Made by a program: the position numbers and the translations under genes. Below are positions 1-10,031 of a stretch of DNA of 64,000 bases, one piece after another. The notes under the pieces were generated by a model, which ran no database searches, was not told the origin of the DNA, and saw only the letters and a program-made list of their open reading frames with translations. Position 1 is the first letter of the stretch. Each line of letters starts with the position of its first letter. The stretch lies in NCBI GenBank assembly GCA_963787835.1, contig CAWBEI010000004.1:352001-416000 (forward strand), written 5' to 3'. This DNA comes from Ignavibacteriota bacterium (GTDB taxonomy: Bacteria > Bacteroidota > Ignavibacteria > Palsa-1295).

Positions 1-177
1 GATGAAGGCGAAGAGACATTCATGCAAAGCAATCCGATGGCATGATCGGCCAAAAGCACAAAATTTGTTAGTCGATTATTTATCTCATTTTTATGCAAAT
101 TTATAAAATCTTCGTCTATTTGTACTACTTCAATCCAAATCTTCAACCATTCTTCACTACATAAGGAGATTCTTTTG

Positions 178-1136
178 ATGAATCGCCTTCATATTCTACT
201 GATCACAATTGGGCTAATTTCACTTTCAACCGCGTCATTACGGGCGCAATCGCGAGAGATCGGCGCGAGAAGTCTGCAACTTGACGATGGGTCCGGCCAC
301 ATCGTGGACATCACGATTCCCGCCATGAACCCCGGTGGCCCATACTCATGGGTCATTCCGATCGACGCTAATGGTAGCTTCAATTATCTCCCGCTTACGG
401 GTGGGGAGATCACCGGCACCGTGGGAATCGGGGTTGCCCAGCAAACGAATTGGGCACTCACCATTACCGAACCGCCGGGTCACGGAGGAGGATCATGGGC
501 AGGCGGCATCGTGATAAACAATACCGATGATGTTGGAGGAAGCTTGCCAATAGTCATGATAACCCGGGCAGCATGACCTGGGGCACCGCGAACGGCAACA
601 CCGAAGGCCGCATGTTACGATTCTTCGACCAAGACCAACTCTTCGATCTCGGAATTACGTCCGCCCACAACTTCTTTCTTGGTAATGGTATTGGTAATGG
701 GATTACTGGGCAGTAGTTGACTGCTACATCAGGAGGCAATATTGGAATCCCGAATGGGGCGCTAACGGTCGCTGGAAACATTTCAACAGGTAGCCATATT
801 ACTACCTCCAGCACGATCGGATCCGTAACACACTCCGGCGCAGTAGCTTCGGCCAGCGCCTCTGGCTCAGATGTGGCAGGGGTGATCATATTCACTACTT
901 CTAACAGTGGAACGGGCTCAGTCACGGTAAACTTCGGGACGTCCTACGGCACGGCTCCTGTCGTAGTGCTCACACCGTCAAACTCCGCGGTGGGAACTTG
1001 GATAGGAAATAACTATTATGGTGCTTCTGATTTTGACTTCTATGTGACCTGCAATGCTGGGAATTTTGTTGTAAATTTTTCCAACAATGGCAATACGATG
1101 ACGAGTGGCACTTTTAATTATATCGTGGTTCATTAA
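178..1136 (+). pseudogene. Secreted tail-fibre-like protein, disrupted by a frameshift (~531-552) and an in-frame TAG (714-716)
   Basis: SD AAGGAG upstream; signal peptide MNRLHILLITIGLISLSTASLRA/Q; YLPLTGGEITG fibre motif. The frame of ORF 717-1136 is open from 531 (...SHDNPGSMTWGTANGNTEGRMLRFFD...GITGQ*LTATSGG). C-terminal VTVNFGTSYGTAPVVVLTP resembles fibre-tip beta domains. Confidence 0.7.
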
Positions 1137-1160
1137 TCCATTAAACATTCGATTTCATGC

Positions 1161-1196
1161 ATGGGCCGGAGAATTTCTCCGGCCCATTTATTTTGT
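1161..1196. terminator. Intrinsic terminator hairpin, copy 1
   Basis: ATGGGCCGGAGAA-T-TTCTCCGGCCCAT followed by TTATTTTG; near-identical to 2876-2905. Confidence 0.8.
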
Positions 1197-1241
1197 AGTC
1201 GTATCCAGATACTCCTGAAGCAAAATCCTTTCGGCTTCTTT
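1188..1241 (-). pseudogene. Remnant of a ruvX/yqgF 3' end (KEAERILLQEYLDTTTK*)
   Basis: Minus-strand translation matches the intact ruvX C-terminus EEAARILLQEYLDTTTM* and is followed by the same hairpin. Confidence 0.85.
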
Positions 1242-1432
1242 GTGTCAAAAAAATAGATTTTGCCTCTTCACATTCTGGTTCCTTTACAAGGCTGGGTGTC
1301 TGACAATTGGAAGTTCGAGTCAAATTGAATTTCTGAGATTATTCTGAGGATTAGAAAATATCCGTATTTTTGTAATGGTAACATATCCATACACTTGGAG
1401 TAGCTTGTTCATATTTTCTTGGAGACCTATAA

Positions 1433-2848
1433 ATGAGGCGTTCTTTAGTCCCTATTATTTTACTTGGTTTAGCTTGCATTTCAACTACATCTTCCTATGC
1501 CCAGCGTGGGGTCGCCGGGAAGACATTCATTCTCGATGATGGCAGTGGTAACACGCTGACGCTCGAATATCTCAATGTACCACCGGTTCTTGGCAATTCC
1601 TTCTACAACTTTTTGCCGGGAGGCGGCGCTCCTACACCAGCAGGCTCGGTGAACGGGCAAACGCTCTGGTGGAATAACACCACGAACTTATGGGTCTCAA
1701 ATAATTTCCTGACCAACACGGGATCAGCGATAGGGATCGGCACGGCTTCACCAATCGGGCTCTTATCCAATACCACTGATAACAACTGGGGTTCCGATGC
1801 CAGAGGGATCAATCCAGCAGCCTTCACATGGGTGACCAATACGGGTGGTCACGGTTACGCAGCAAGCGTTACCAACGAAGGCTCGGGAGCGGGAGGATTC
1901 GATGGTCTCCTTGTGAGGGTATGGGATAATCATGCAGGCACCAACGCGTTGGACGTATCCCAAGGCGCTGTTTCACCCAGCACAACGCCAACATCTCTTT
2001 TAACTGTCTATGGTAACGGCGATGTGAACATCGATCCGACCATTGTCGCAGCAACATCCATCGGCAATAGCACAGCCGCAACCAATGTGAATATTACCAG
2101 CGGGAATAAGTGGAGTATTACGAATGCTGGGGCACTCACGACCACTGGTGCGGCTAATATTGCAACCACAGCCGGTCTTACAAATTATTTTGGGAATGGC
2201 GGGGGCACGACTACAAATAATATTGGGAATAATGGCACTAATGCCACTCAGACAACGAACAATATCGGTGGTACAGGGCCAGGGAGTGCAAACATGGTGA
2301 ATGGCATTGGATTTAACGATGGCTCCGGATCGGTCGTGAACCAGTTCGGAGTCGCCTTCTCCACCGGTTCTATACAGAATCAGATCGGTACAAACCAGGG
2401 CACTGGAACAGTCACTAACTATTGGGGGACCTCTAACCACACTGGCACGATCAACAACAGCTTCGGAACTTCCAGCTCCGGCCCAATTAGTAATACCTTT
2501 GGATCGAGCACCGCTGGGTCGAGCAATACCTATAGTGGCGTTTCATCCTTCACTGGGAATGTGACTACCAATGGGACGCTAAGTGCTGCTGGTGCATTTG
2601 GTTTGCATTTCCGGATAGATAATACAGGAAATACAACGGTGAATGGAATTGCCGGGGATGGATTTCTACAGATTACTGGGGGTGCTACAACGGGGTGGGG
2701 TTTGCCGCCAAGTACTACTCCCGGACAAATTTTTATAGTGAATAATCAAACGGGTTCCACTATTGGAGGTGCGCTTACTATCGCGAACGGTAATAGCGCA
2801 ATGTTCATCTACACTGGTTCTGGTTGGCAGCATATCGTTCTTCAATAA
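1433..2848 (+). CDS. Secreted G/T/N-rich beta-repeat fibre or adhesin-like protein
   Basis: SD GGAG; signal peptide ...SSYA/Q; N-terminal LDDGSG motif shared with the gene at 178; GIGTASP motif; NxxG repeats; C-terminal LP..TPGQIFIVNN...MFIYTGSGW module. Confidence 0.8.
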   Translation: MRRSLVPIILLGLACISTTSSYAQRGVAGKTFILDDGSGNTLTLEYLNVPPVLGNSFYNFLPGGGAPTPAGSVNGQTLWWNNTTNLWVSNNFLTNTGSAIGIGTASPIGLLSNTTDNNWGSDARGINPAAFTWVTNTGGHGYAASVTNEGSGAGGFDGLLVRVWDNHAGTNALDVSQGAVSPSTTPTSLLTVYGNGDVNIDPTIVAATSIGNSTAATNVNITSGNKWSITNAGALTTTGAANIATTAGLTNYFGNGGGTTTNNIGNNGTNATQTTNNIGGTGPGSANMVNGIGFNDGSGSVVNQFGVAFSTGSIQNQIGTNQGTGTVTNYWGTSNHTGTINNSFGTSSSGPISNTFGSSTAGSSNTYSGVSSFTGNVTTNGTLSAAGAFGLHFRIDNTGNTTVNGIAGDGFLQITGGATTGWGLPPSTTPGQIFIVNNQTGSTIGGALTIANGNSAMFIYTGSGWQHIVLQ

Positions 2849-2875
2849 ATTCCTCTTCTCCGTAGATGTTTTTCA

Positions 2876-2905
2876 ATGGGCCGGAAATTTTCTCCGGCCC
2901 ATTTT
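2876..2905. terminator. Terminator hairpin between convergent genes, copy 2
   Basis: ATGGGCCGGA-AATTTTC-TCCGGCCCAT followed by a T run. Confidence 0.8.
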
Positions 2906-3350
2906 ACATTGTTGTTGTATCGAGATACTCCTGCAATAAGATCCTCGCTGCCTCTTCATCGCGGAGGGATTTTTTCTCGCGCTTGTGTTTTGGCAATTCA
3001 CGGGAGCGAATGTTCGTTTCCGCGATGAGTGAAGTGAGGCGTTCGTCGCGGGTTTTGAGCACAACGCCGAGGGGTTCAAGGGATTTTGTGAGCTTATCGC
3101 GAAAGCGCAAAACTTCAGTGGTCATTGCACTTTCTGTATTCGAAAGGGTGCGGGGAATTCCGAGAATTACCAATCGGATATGCTCGGATTTCAAGAGGGT
3201 CAGAATTTCCGCGATCATTTTCGGCCCATTTGCAATCACTCCACGTGAGGTGGCGAGCATTTGCATTTCATCAGAAACTGCGATACCGAGGCGCTTGGTA
3301 CCGTAGTCTATGGCTAGAACGCGGCCGTTATTCTTCAAATCGTTCAACAC
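2904..3350 (-). CDS. ruvX: RuvX/YqgF family nuclease (pre-16S rRNA processing)
   Basis: LAIDYGTKRLGIAVSD, DERLTS, DEEAARILLQEYLD motifs. Confidence 0.95.
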   Translation of the reverse strand: MLNDLKNNGRVLAIDYGTKRLGIAVSDEMQMLATSRGVIANGPKMIAEILTLLKSEHIRLVILGIPRTLSNTESAMTTEVLRFRDKLTKSLEPLGVVLKTRDERLTSLIAETNIRSRELPKHKREKKSLRDEEAARILLQEYLDTTTM

Positions 3351-5706
3351 TGGTTACGCCTCTGACTTTCTTCAACTTTTCCATCAGGCGTGCGAGGTGA
3401 TAGGTGTTCTTAACAAAGACAGTAACCTTCCCATCGAACATGGCATCGCGGGAGTCGATATTTACCGAGCGGATATTGGTGTTGTTATAAGTAGAAATCA
3501 CATGGGTAAGATCGCTAGGCATTCCCGGGCGATCTTCACCAAAGATGCGGATGCCGACAAGGTAGTCAGCGCCTTCGTCCGTGCTGGGCCAGGACACATC
3601 GATAAGACGCTTTTCGGAATCCGCTTGGAGCTTTTGGATATTCTTACAATTGGCTCGATGGATCTTTATGCCCTGACCGATCGTCACCACACCGACAACA
3701 TCGTCACCGGGCACCGGATTGCAGCATTTTGCATAGCTATAAAGGAAGTTATCACGTCGCCCCTGAATAAGGATCCCGGTAGTTGCACGCGAGTCGTCGA
3801 GGTAGGTAACGGGTGTTGCAGTCTCTTGTTCTGCTTCTGCTGAAACGGGAGGGCGGTTGCCGGGGCGCAGCCAGTCTCGCAGGCGTTTAAAATATTCTTC
3901 GATGTCGATGTCGGCTGCGGCAACCGCAGCATAGAACTTCCCGACGGTTCCAAAAGGGGTAGTAGCTGCAAAGCGGATCAGGGTATCTTCATTGACATGA
4001 AGTTTGGCTTTGGTCAGACGCTTCTGCCACATTTCACGACCCTGAGCGACACGCACGCGCTGTTCTTCGTTCAAGAATTTGCGAATGTATTGCCGCGCCT
4101 TATGAGTCGCTACAAATTTTTCCCAATCCGCATTAGGAACTTGATTTTTTGAGGTGATGATCTCAACCTGATCGCCACTGGCCAGCTTTTGGTGGAGCGG
4201 GACGATGCGTCCGTTCACTTTTGCGCCAATGGTACGCAATCCGACTTGAGAATGTATCTCAAAGGCAAAATCAACGGCTGTAGCGCCCTTCGGGAGGATG
4301 CGAAGTTCCCCTTTTGGAGTGAATACGTAGATCTCGTCCTGGTAAAGATTAAGCTTAAAGCTTTCGAGCAGAGCGCTTGGCGCGTCTTCACCATGCTGCT
4401 CAAAGACATCACGCACCCATTTGACCCATTCTTCCAGATCCGGATCTGAGGCGGAAATGTGCTCTTTGTACTTCCAGTGTGCCGCAACGCCTTTTTCTGC
4501 GATCTCGTGCATGGCCCGCGTTCGGATCTGCACTTCGACCATTCGCCCATCCGGACCAATGACCGTGGTGTGCAGGGATTGATAGCCATTCTTTTTCGGT
4601 AGCGAAATATAATTCTTGAACCGTTCGGGAACCGGGGTATAGATCGAAGAGACTAATCCAAAGACTGCAAAGCAATCGTTATCATTGGAAGTATCGAGCA
4701 AGATGCGAACGGCGAACAGATCATAGACCTCGTCCAGCGTTTTCCCGAGCCGCATCATTTTATTATAGATGGAGAAAATGTGCTTGGGCCGGCCGACGAT
4801 CTCAAACTTAAAATGTTGTTCCTTGAGCGCTTCCATAATTGGCTCGATGAACCCTGCGATATACGTCTCGCGCTCGATCCGTTTTTCTGCGAGTGCCCGC
4901 TTGATGTTGGTATATGCTTCGCGATTCAGGACCTTGAAGGCCAGATCCTCCAGTTCCCATTTAACCTTACCGAGGCCAAACCGATTCGCGAATGGCGCGT
5001 AAATGTCCAGCGTCTCCTTTGCCATCCGGAACTGCCGCTCGGGAGGCAAATATTCGATCGTCCGCATATTATGCAGACGGTCCGCGAACTTGACGAGCAT
5101 CACACGTACGTCGCCGACCATGGAAAGCAAAAGCTTGCGGTAACTTTCTGCCTGCGTGATCTCACGAGATTTGAAAATATCCGTGATCTTGGTAGCGCCA
5201 TCGACGATATCGGCTACTTCGCTGCCGAACTCTTCGCGAATTTCGTCGATCTGATAAACGGTATCTTCTACGACATCATGTAGCAGGGCGGCGATCACGG
5301 AAATATCGTCGAGCGGGATTTCCTGCGCGACGATCATCGAGACTTCGAACGGATGAATAAAATAAGGTTCACCGGAAGCGCGCCGGTCATTCTTGTGAGC
5401 TTCATAACATAGCCGGAAGGCACGAATGACAAGTTCTTCGTCCAGGAAGTGAAGATTTTTTCGACAGGCCGCCAGCAGTTCGTTCAGCTTGTCGGCATAG
5501 GCTTCGTCATTCGTTGCGCTGGACCATCGAAGGGCGAGGCGGGCAGAGGAGGTTCGGCTATTGGTATTAGATCTGGGCGTGCGCTTATCGGCCAGGTCAC
5601 TCGCCTGGGAGTGACCATTGGTTCCACCTGAGTCCGTAATGGCCACATTGCCTTCGATCGTTACAGCATTCATCGCATTAATGGCAACGTGAGTTCCACC
5701 CTGCAT
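3328..5706 (-). CDS. rel: Bifunctional (p)ppGpp synthetase/hydrolase (long RSH; start uncertain)
   Basis: RASGEPYFIHP, LLHDVVED (HD), KFADRLHNMRT, GYQSLHT, EVQIRT, TGS (DFAFEIHSQVG), AKCCNPVPGD, ACT domain. Confidence 0.97.
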   Translation of the reverse strand: MQGGTHVAINAMNAVTIEGNVAITDSGGTNGHSQASDLADKRTPRSNTNSRTSSARLALRWSSATNDEAYADKLNELLAACRKNLHFLDEELVIRAFRLCYEAHKNDRRASGEPYFIHPFEVSMIVAQEIPLDDISVIAALLHDVVEDTVYQIDEIREEFGSEVADIVDGATKITDIFKSREITQAESYRKLLLSMVGDVRVMLVKFADRLHNMRTIEYLPPERQFRMAKETLDIYAPFANRFGLGKVKWELEDLAFKVLNREAYTNIKRALAEKRIERETYIAGFIEPIMEALKEQHFKFEIVGRPKHIFSIYNKMMRLGKTLDEVYDLFAVRILLDTSNDNDCFAVFGLVSSIYTPVPERFKNYISLPKKNGYQSLHTTVIGPDGRMVEVQIRTRAMHEIAEKGVAAHWKYKEHISASDPDLEEWVKWVRDVFEQHGEDAPSALLESFKLNLYQDEIYVFTPKGELRILPKGATAVDFAFEIHSQVGLRTIGAKVNGRIVPLHQKLASGDQVEIITSKNQVPNADWEKFVATHKARQYIRKFLNEEQRVRVAQGREMWQKRLTKAKLHVNEDTLIRFAATTPFGTVGKFYAAVAAADIDIEEYFKRLRDWLRPGNRPPVSAEAEQETATPVTYLDDSRATTGILIQGRRDNFLYSYAKCCNPVPGDDVVGVVTIGQGIKIHRANCKNIQKLQADSEKRLIDVSWPSTDEGADYLVGIRIFGEDRPGMPSDLTHVISTYNNTNIRSVNIDSRDAMFDGKVTVFVKNTYHLARLMEKLKKVRGVTSVERFEE

Positions 5707-5760
5707 GGTTTCGCTGGCAAAGAAGTTGGCGAACGGATCCTTTAGAGGAGAACGAGATTA

Positions 5761-7632
5761 TTACTGCCGTTGCACTCCCCACCAGCCATAATAAATAGAA
5801 ATGCCAGCATCTACATTGACTGTTATGATTGGCTGACCCGGTTGAAATACGAAGGTCTTATCCTGCTGCTCACCACCGAACACCCCCGTAGCACCGATCT
5901 GAGCAAACGGTTCAAGGGTATAGCCCTCCCCAAGTTCGAAATCGTGCTTCATGCCGAACAAGAGTTTAAGACCGCTCCTATTCCAGTCCTGTTCGAAAGT
6001 ACTCACATTGGAAGAAGCCTGAGTCGGCGAGAGCATTGTTAGATACTGCTGGCTACTTCGGAAAGCGAGGAATTCATAACCGATTCCTAAATAGAACTTG
6101 ATGGCAGAAGCCGGTCGAGTAATATCATAATGTAGATCGAGTCCAAAAATGCTAGTTCCAAGCGTTTCGCTTTGAAGAAGGTGGGTCGCGCCATTAGGAT
6201 GATATTCTGAAGGATGAGTTGCTGAAGTATCAAATGGCCTGTAGGGATAAGATGGGGGGGTCGGGGGGCCCTGCCCATTGACATAATTAAATACTGAATC
6301 ATTTGGGAAATTATCGCTGATCGTAAAATGTACGAAGGATATTTCCAAATCAAGTCTTCGTGTAAGTTCGGTCGTAAGAGCAATTCCATAAGAAAAAACG
6401 GAAGTAGCCGGAAGTTCAGGAATGCCTAAGTTCGTCTGCATACTTCCTACACCCCCGCTAAAGCCAATTCCAACGGCCCTCCATGGTTCGGGCGTCTCAA
6501 GGAATGCGGCTTGACGGGCTTGATCGGCGATCTGTTGTGCAACCCGAACTGAGTCTTCGCGGACTTGTTCCCTTGCTTTGGCTTGAGCGTCCAATTGTTC
6601 ATTCTGAGCGGACTTGATACTATCCTGACGTCGTTGCTCCGCTTCTTTGGCGAGTTCAGCTTCCTGCTTTATCCGCAATTCCTCTGCCTTACGCCGCTCG
6701 CTGGTAAGAACTGAATCTGGCGGAGCAACTCCGGCTGGCTGTTGAGCAAATGCATTTGTTGCCCCGATGAGCAATCCGAACACACAAATTAATAGAGCAA
6801 GGCTCCGTCGGATCGATCCGGGAGAAATTCGGAATAGAGAGTGTGCATTTGCAAACGTTTGGCTCATTATGATAGAAATATCCTTTTGTTTTAGCTCGGA
6901 GACCTTATGTGCAATGAACGGAAGCATGGCTGGTGAGTTTCGTTTTCCTCGATTTGGAGCAGGTGTCAAATAGGGTGAATCCGTCTCTATAAGAAGCCGA
7001 TCGAGGGGAGTTTCAATTACGACATCCGACAAATTGCTATTCTTAAACGTAATATTACCAGTAAAACTTACATAAAACCCAAGCGAAATGGCTCTATGCA
7101 TCCAGTCCATTCCGGCGGAGAAGCAGTGAAATTGGCCTCTCGGTAACTCTGGCGGAAGTGAAACATAGTGCTCTTCGACGATCCGGAACACATCCTCTTC
7201 TGATTCCCGCGTGTGTATCACAATTGGTTTTTGGAGCTCGATGGCAAGTTCTATCTGCTCAGAGAAGGCTTTCCGTTGAACCTCAGGCGGTGAAAAATCA
7301 TAATGATAATCCAAACCGATTTCCCCGATCGCCACTATTTTAGGCTGGCTCTGAATTTCGGATTGAATACGATCCCTGACTCCTGAATTCCACTCATTCG
7401 CGGAATGCGGGTGGATCCCAAGTGCGCAATAGATATGCTCATGGGTATGAATCAGATTCAGCGTTGGATCAAAACTGACGGAATCAGTGGCTGGGACAAG
7501 AAAATGAGAAACGCCGGCCTGTTCGGACTCTGCAATAACTGCATCACGGTCCGCATCGAATGCACCGTCCTGTAAGTGGCAATGTGCGTCGAACATAGGA
7601 GCCGCATAGAATGTTTTGAGTGGTTCATTCAT
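5761..7632 (-). CDS. tatD: TatD family DNase fused to an internal signal peptide, a coiled coil and a predicted outer-membrane beta-barrel (start 7632 or 7596)
   Basis: DAHCH, GIHPH, AIGEIGLDY, IHTRE, HCFS, ETDSPY; then RRSLALLICVFGLLIGATNAFA/QQ, a Glu/Ala/Gln-rich helix, and amphipathic strands ending NVDAGISIYYGW. Confidence 0.85.
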   Translation of the reverse strand: MNEPLKTFYAAPMFDAHCHLQDGAFDADRDAVIAESEQAGVSHFLVPATDSVSFDPTLNLIHTHEHIYCALGIHPHSANEWNSGVRDRIQSEIQSQPKIVAIGEIGLDYHYDFSPPEVQRKAFSEQIELAIELQKPIVIHTRESEEDVFRIVEEHYVSLPPELPRGQFHCFSAGMDWMHRAISLGFYVSFTGNITFKNSNLSDVVIETPLDRLLIETDSPYLTPAPNRGKRNSPAMLPFIAHKVSELKQKDISIIMSQTFANAHSLFRISPGSIRRSLALLICVFGLLIGATNAFAQQPAGVAPPDSVLTSERRKAEELRIKQEAELAKEAEQRRQDSIKSAQNEQLDAQAKAREQVREDSVRVAQQIADQARQAAFLETPEPWRAVGIGFSGGVGSMQTNLGIPELPATSVFSYGIALTTELTRRLDLEISFVHFTISDNFPNDSVFNYVNGQGPPTPPSYPYRPFDTSATHPSEYHPNGATHLLQSETLGTSIFGLDLHYDITRPASAIKFYLGIGYEFLAFRSSQQYLTMLSPTQASSNVSTFEQDWNRSGLKLLFGMKHDFELGEGYTLEPFAQIGATGVFGGEQQDKTFVFQPGQPIITVNVDAGISIYYGWWGVQRQ

Positions 7633-7772
7633 GGCTGGGATTAACCAGTGTACAGCATCTTTTACTTCCGGAATCTCGCTTTTAATTCCGAAGAAGAAAA
7701 AGAAGACCATCCGCTATTCTTTGTGAAAGCTATCGAGCGAACCATTAGGCGTTCATATTCGTATTATAGGAA

Positions 7773-8609
7773 ATGCCACTTCCAATGAATCCGTCGAGTA
7801 ACGCACCGCGAAGAACGGGGGATGTCGCAGCACGCATCAGTGATCATGCGTTGCGCATGAGCGATCATGCCGTGAGCACCGTTCGTATCATAATTACGGC
7901 AGAGGAGCGTGTGCGGCAACGTATTCGTACTGTGGCCCGTGTGGCGCTGGCAACGATCTTTTTTGGTATCTCCGGCCTCATTTCGTTGGGAGCCAATGTC
8001 ACTACGGCCCTTGCAAAAAAAGTGACCCAAAGCCGAGGAAGCAATTCAGTTACCTCGGGAGTTAAAGGTTCTGTTATACACTCCAATGAAGTGGCATCGA
8101 GCCATTCCTCGAAGCGCCATTATAAGCGTGGGGATAAGCTGGCGGCACGGAAGCCCACTGGCTCGCAGATGCGCGGGGTAGCATCGTGGTATGGGAATGA
8201 GTTTCACAATAGAAAAACTGCCAGCGGTATTCTTTTTGACACCCTCTCTATGATGGCCGCTCACCGGTCCTTGCCATTTGGAACCCTGGTTCGTGTTACG
8301 AATCTTCGGAATCATCGATCGTGCGTGGTCGAAATCACCGACCGAGGTCCATTCTCCCACGGACGAATCATTGATCTTAGCCATGCAGCCGCCGAACAAA
8401 TCGGTATGATGGAGTCTGGAATTGCAAGGGTTCAGCTCGAGGTTGTCGGTCATGCCGCTCCGTTCGGATCTGACGAGCTTGCGTTTGTAATGCATGCACC
8501 TGCGGTCGATAAACTTGCGCCTTCTACCGGGAGTCGCCTGAATGTGATGCAAGCTTATGAAAGCAGCACAAACGATATGATCGTGGACCGAGAACTTAGC
8601 GGGCACTGA
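7773..8609 (+). CDS. rlpA: Septal ring lytic transglycosylase RlpA family protein
   Basis: GVASWYG...KTASG, AAHRSLPFGT, ITDRGPF, IIDLS (DPBB domain); N-terminal membrane or signal segment. Confidence 0.9.
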   Translation: MPLPMNPSSNAPRRTGDVAARISDHALRMSDHAVSTVRIIITAEERVRQRIRTVARVALATIFFGISGLISLGANVTTALAKKVTQSRGSNSVTSGVKGSVIHSNEVASSHSSKRHYKRGDKLAARKPTGSQMRGVASWYGNEFHNRKTASGILFDTLSMMAAHRSLPFGTLVRVTNLRNHRSCVVEITDRGPFSHGRIIDLSHAAAEQIGMMESGIARVQLEVVGHAAPFGSDELAFVMHAPAVDKLAPSTGSRLNVMQAYESSTNDMIVDRELSGH

Positions 8610-8639
8610 TTCCCTATGGAATTTATTGTATAGTGTAGC

Positions 8640-8667
8640 CCTCGCGATCAAGGAGCGAGGGTTTTTC
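8640..8667 (+). terminator. Possible intrinsic terminator after rlpA
   Basis: CCTCGC...GCGAGG hairpin followed by GTTTTT. Confidence 0.45.
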
Positions 8668-8783
8668 GTTTATGAACACCATTTATTTGATCCTGGTGAT
8701 CCTCGGCTTTATCGCATTTGATCGGATCGTCCGGCACAAGCCGTCTGGTGAAGCAAAACGGGGAAATTCTCGGTTCAGAAGGG

Positions 8784-10031
8784 ATGAAGACAATAGCAAA
8801 CAGTCCTGATCTTTTAGGCGTCGAACGCAGAACCAGCCGTTTCGATGGGATAGCGATTGCGGTTGGTAGCATCGCCTTGTTCACGCTTGCATGGACGGTT
8901 CAGTCGATCCTCAATCCATTCGTAGTTGCTTTTCTGCTTTATATTGTTTTGGCATCGTTTAGAGATTATCATGCCGCGCGGAAGATCATGACTGCCGGGT
9001 TTGTGCTTTTTGGTTTTTGGCTATTACTTACGCTCGCAGGAATTCTTGTTCCATTTATTATTGGAGCGGTGCTTGCCTATCTTTTTAATCCGGCCGTGTC
9101 CCAACTTCACGATAATCGTAAGATCAGCCGGATGTGGAGTTCCCTCGTGATCGTCGTTCTCTTTTGTGCGGCATTAGTAGCTGTCGGCTGGATCTTTTTG
9201 CCGAGCCTTGGCACGCAAACGAAGGAGTTTATCGAGCGGCTGACGGCCTTTATTCGGCAAAATGCCAACACGCTTAACGCGCAGCATGTGCGCCAGATAT
9301 TGCTCGGGATGGGATTACCCGAAGGTCTAATCGATCGATTTATTTTGAACCAGGCTGGACCGCAGCTTCGCAACATGGTTGCGGTCGTGCCATCGATCGT
9401 CGTGAATATTATTTCCAGTCTTCCGAAAATTCTCGAGCGAACGCTGAACCTTGTGATCGTGCCCGTCGCTATGTTCTATTTCCTGAAAGACTGGCCCAGC
9501 CTCATGCCCATTGTGAATGAACTTTTTCCATCGAAGAACCCTGCACGCCGAGAGAAGATCGCGAGAGATGTGGATGGAGTGCTCTATGGCTATCTGCGCG
9601 GGCAGGCGACCGTTGCTGTGATCGTCGGCATCTTAGGCGCAACGGCCTATTCGCTTCTTGGAATTCCCTATGCGGGGTTGATCGGGGTGATCCTCGTCTT
9701 CGCGGACTTGGTTCCGATCGTCGGGATGCTGTTCAGCGTTCTTGTTGTCGAGTTAGTGATCTTTCTGACCATGGATTTGAATTTTGCCGTGATCGCAAGC
9801 GGACTTCTGGTGATCGTCGGACTGCATGTTCTTGAAACGTATATTATCGGGCCACGCATCATCGGACAGGGGATAGGGGTTCCGCCATTGCTCATGATCC
9901 TTGCGCTATTGGTCTTCGGTTTTTTCTTTGGTTTTGTTGGGCTGCTTATTGCAGTTCCAGCGACGGGTGTTATTTTGCTTTTTGTCAATGAGTATCGAAG
10001 CACGAACGCAGTGGGGGCGGCGGTGGAATGA
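8784..10031 (+). CDS. AI-2E (PerM) family transporter
   Basis: Multiple TM segments; LAYLFNP, FYFLKD, GYLRGQ, LVPIVG, IGPRIIG, GFVGLLIAVP. Confidence 0.92.
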   Translation: MKTIANSPDLLGVERRTSRFDGIAIAVGSIALFTLAWTVQSILNPFVVAFLLYIVLASFRDYHAARKIMTAGFVLFGFWLLLTLAGILVPFIIGAVLAYLFNPAVSQLHDNRKISRMWSSLVIVVLFCAALVAVGWIFLPSLGTQTKEFIERLTAFIRQNANTLNAQHVRQILLGMGLPEGLIDRFILNQAGPQLRNMVAVVPSIVVNIISSLPKILERTLNLVIVPVAMFYFLKDWPSLMPIVNELFPSKNPARREKIARDVDGVLYGYLRGQATVAVIVGILGATAYSLLGIPYAGLIGVILVFADLVPIVGMLFSVLVVELVIFLTMDLNFAVIASGLLVIVGLHVLETYIIGPRIIGQGIGVPPLLMILALLVFGFFFGFVGLLIAVPATGVILLFVNEYRSTNAVGAAVE

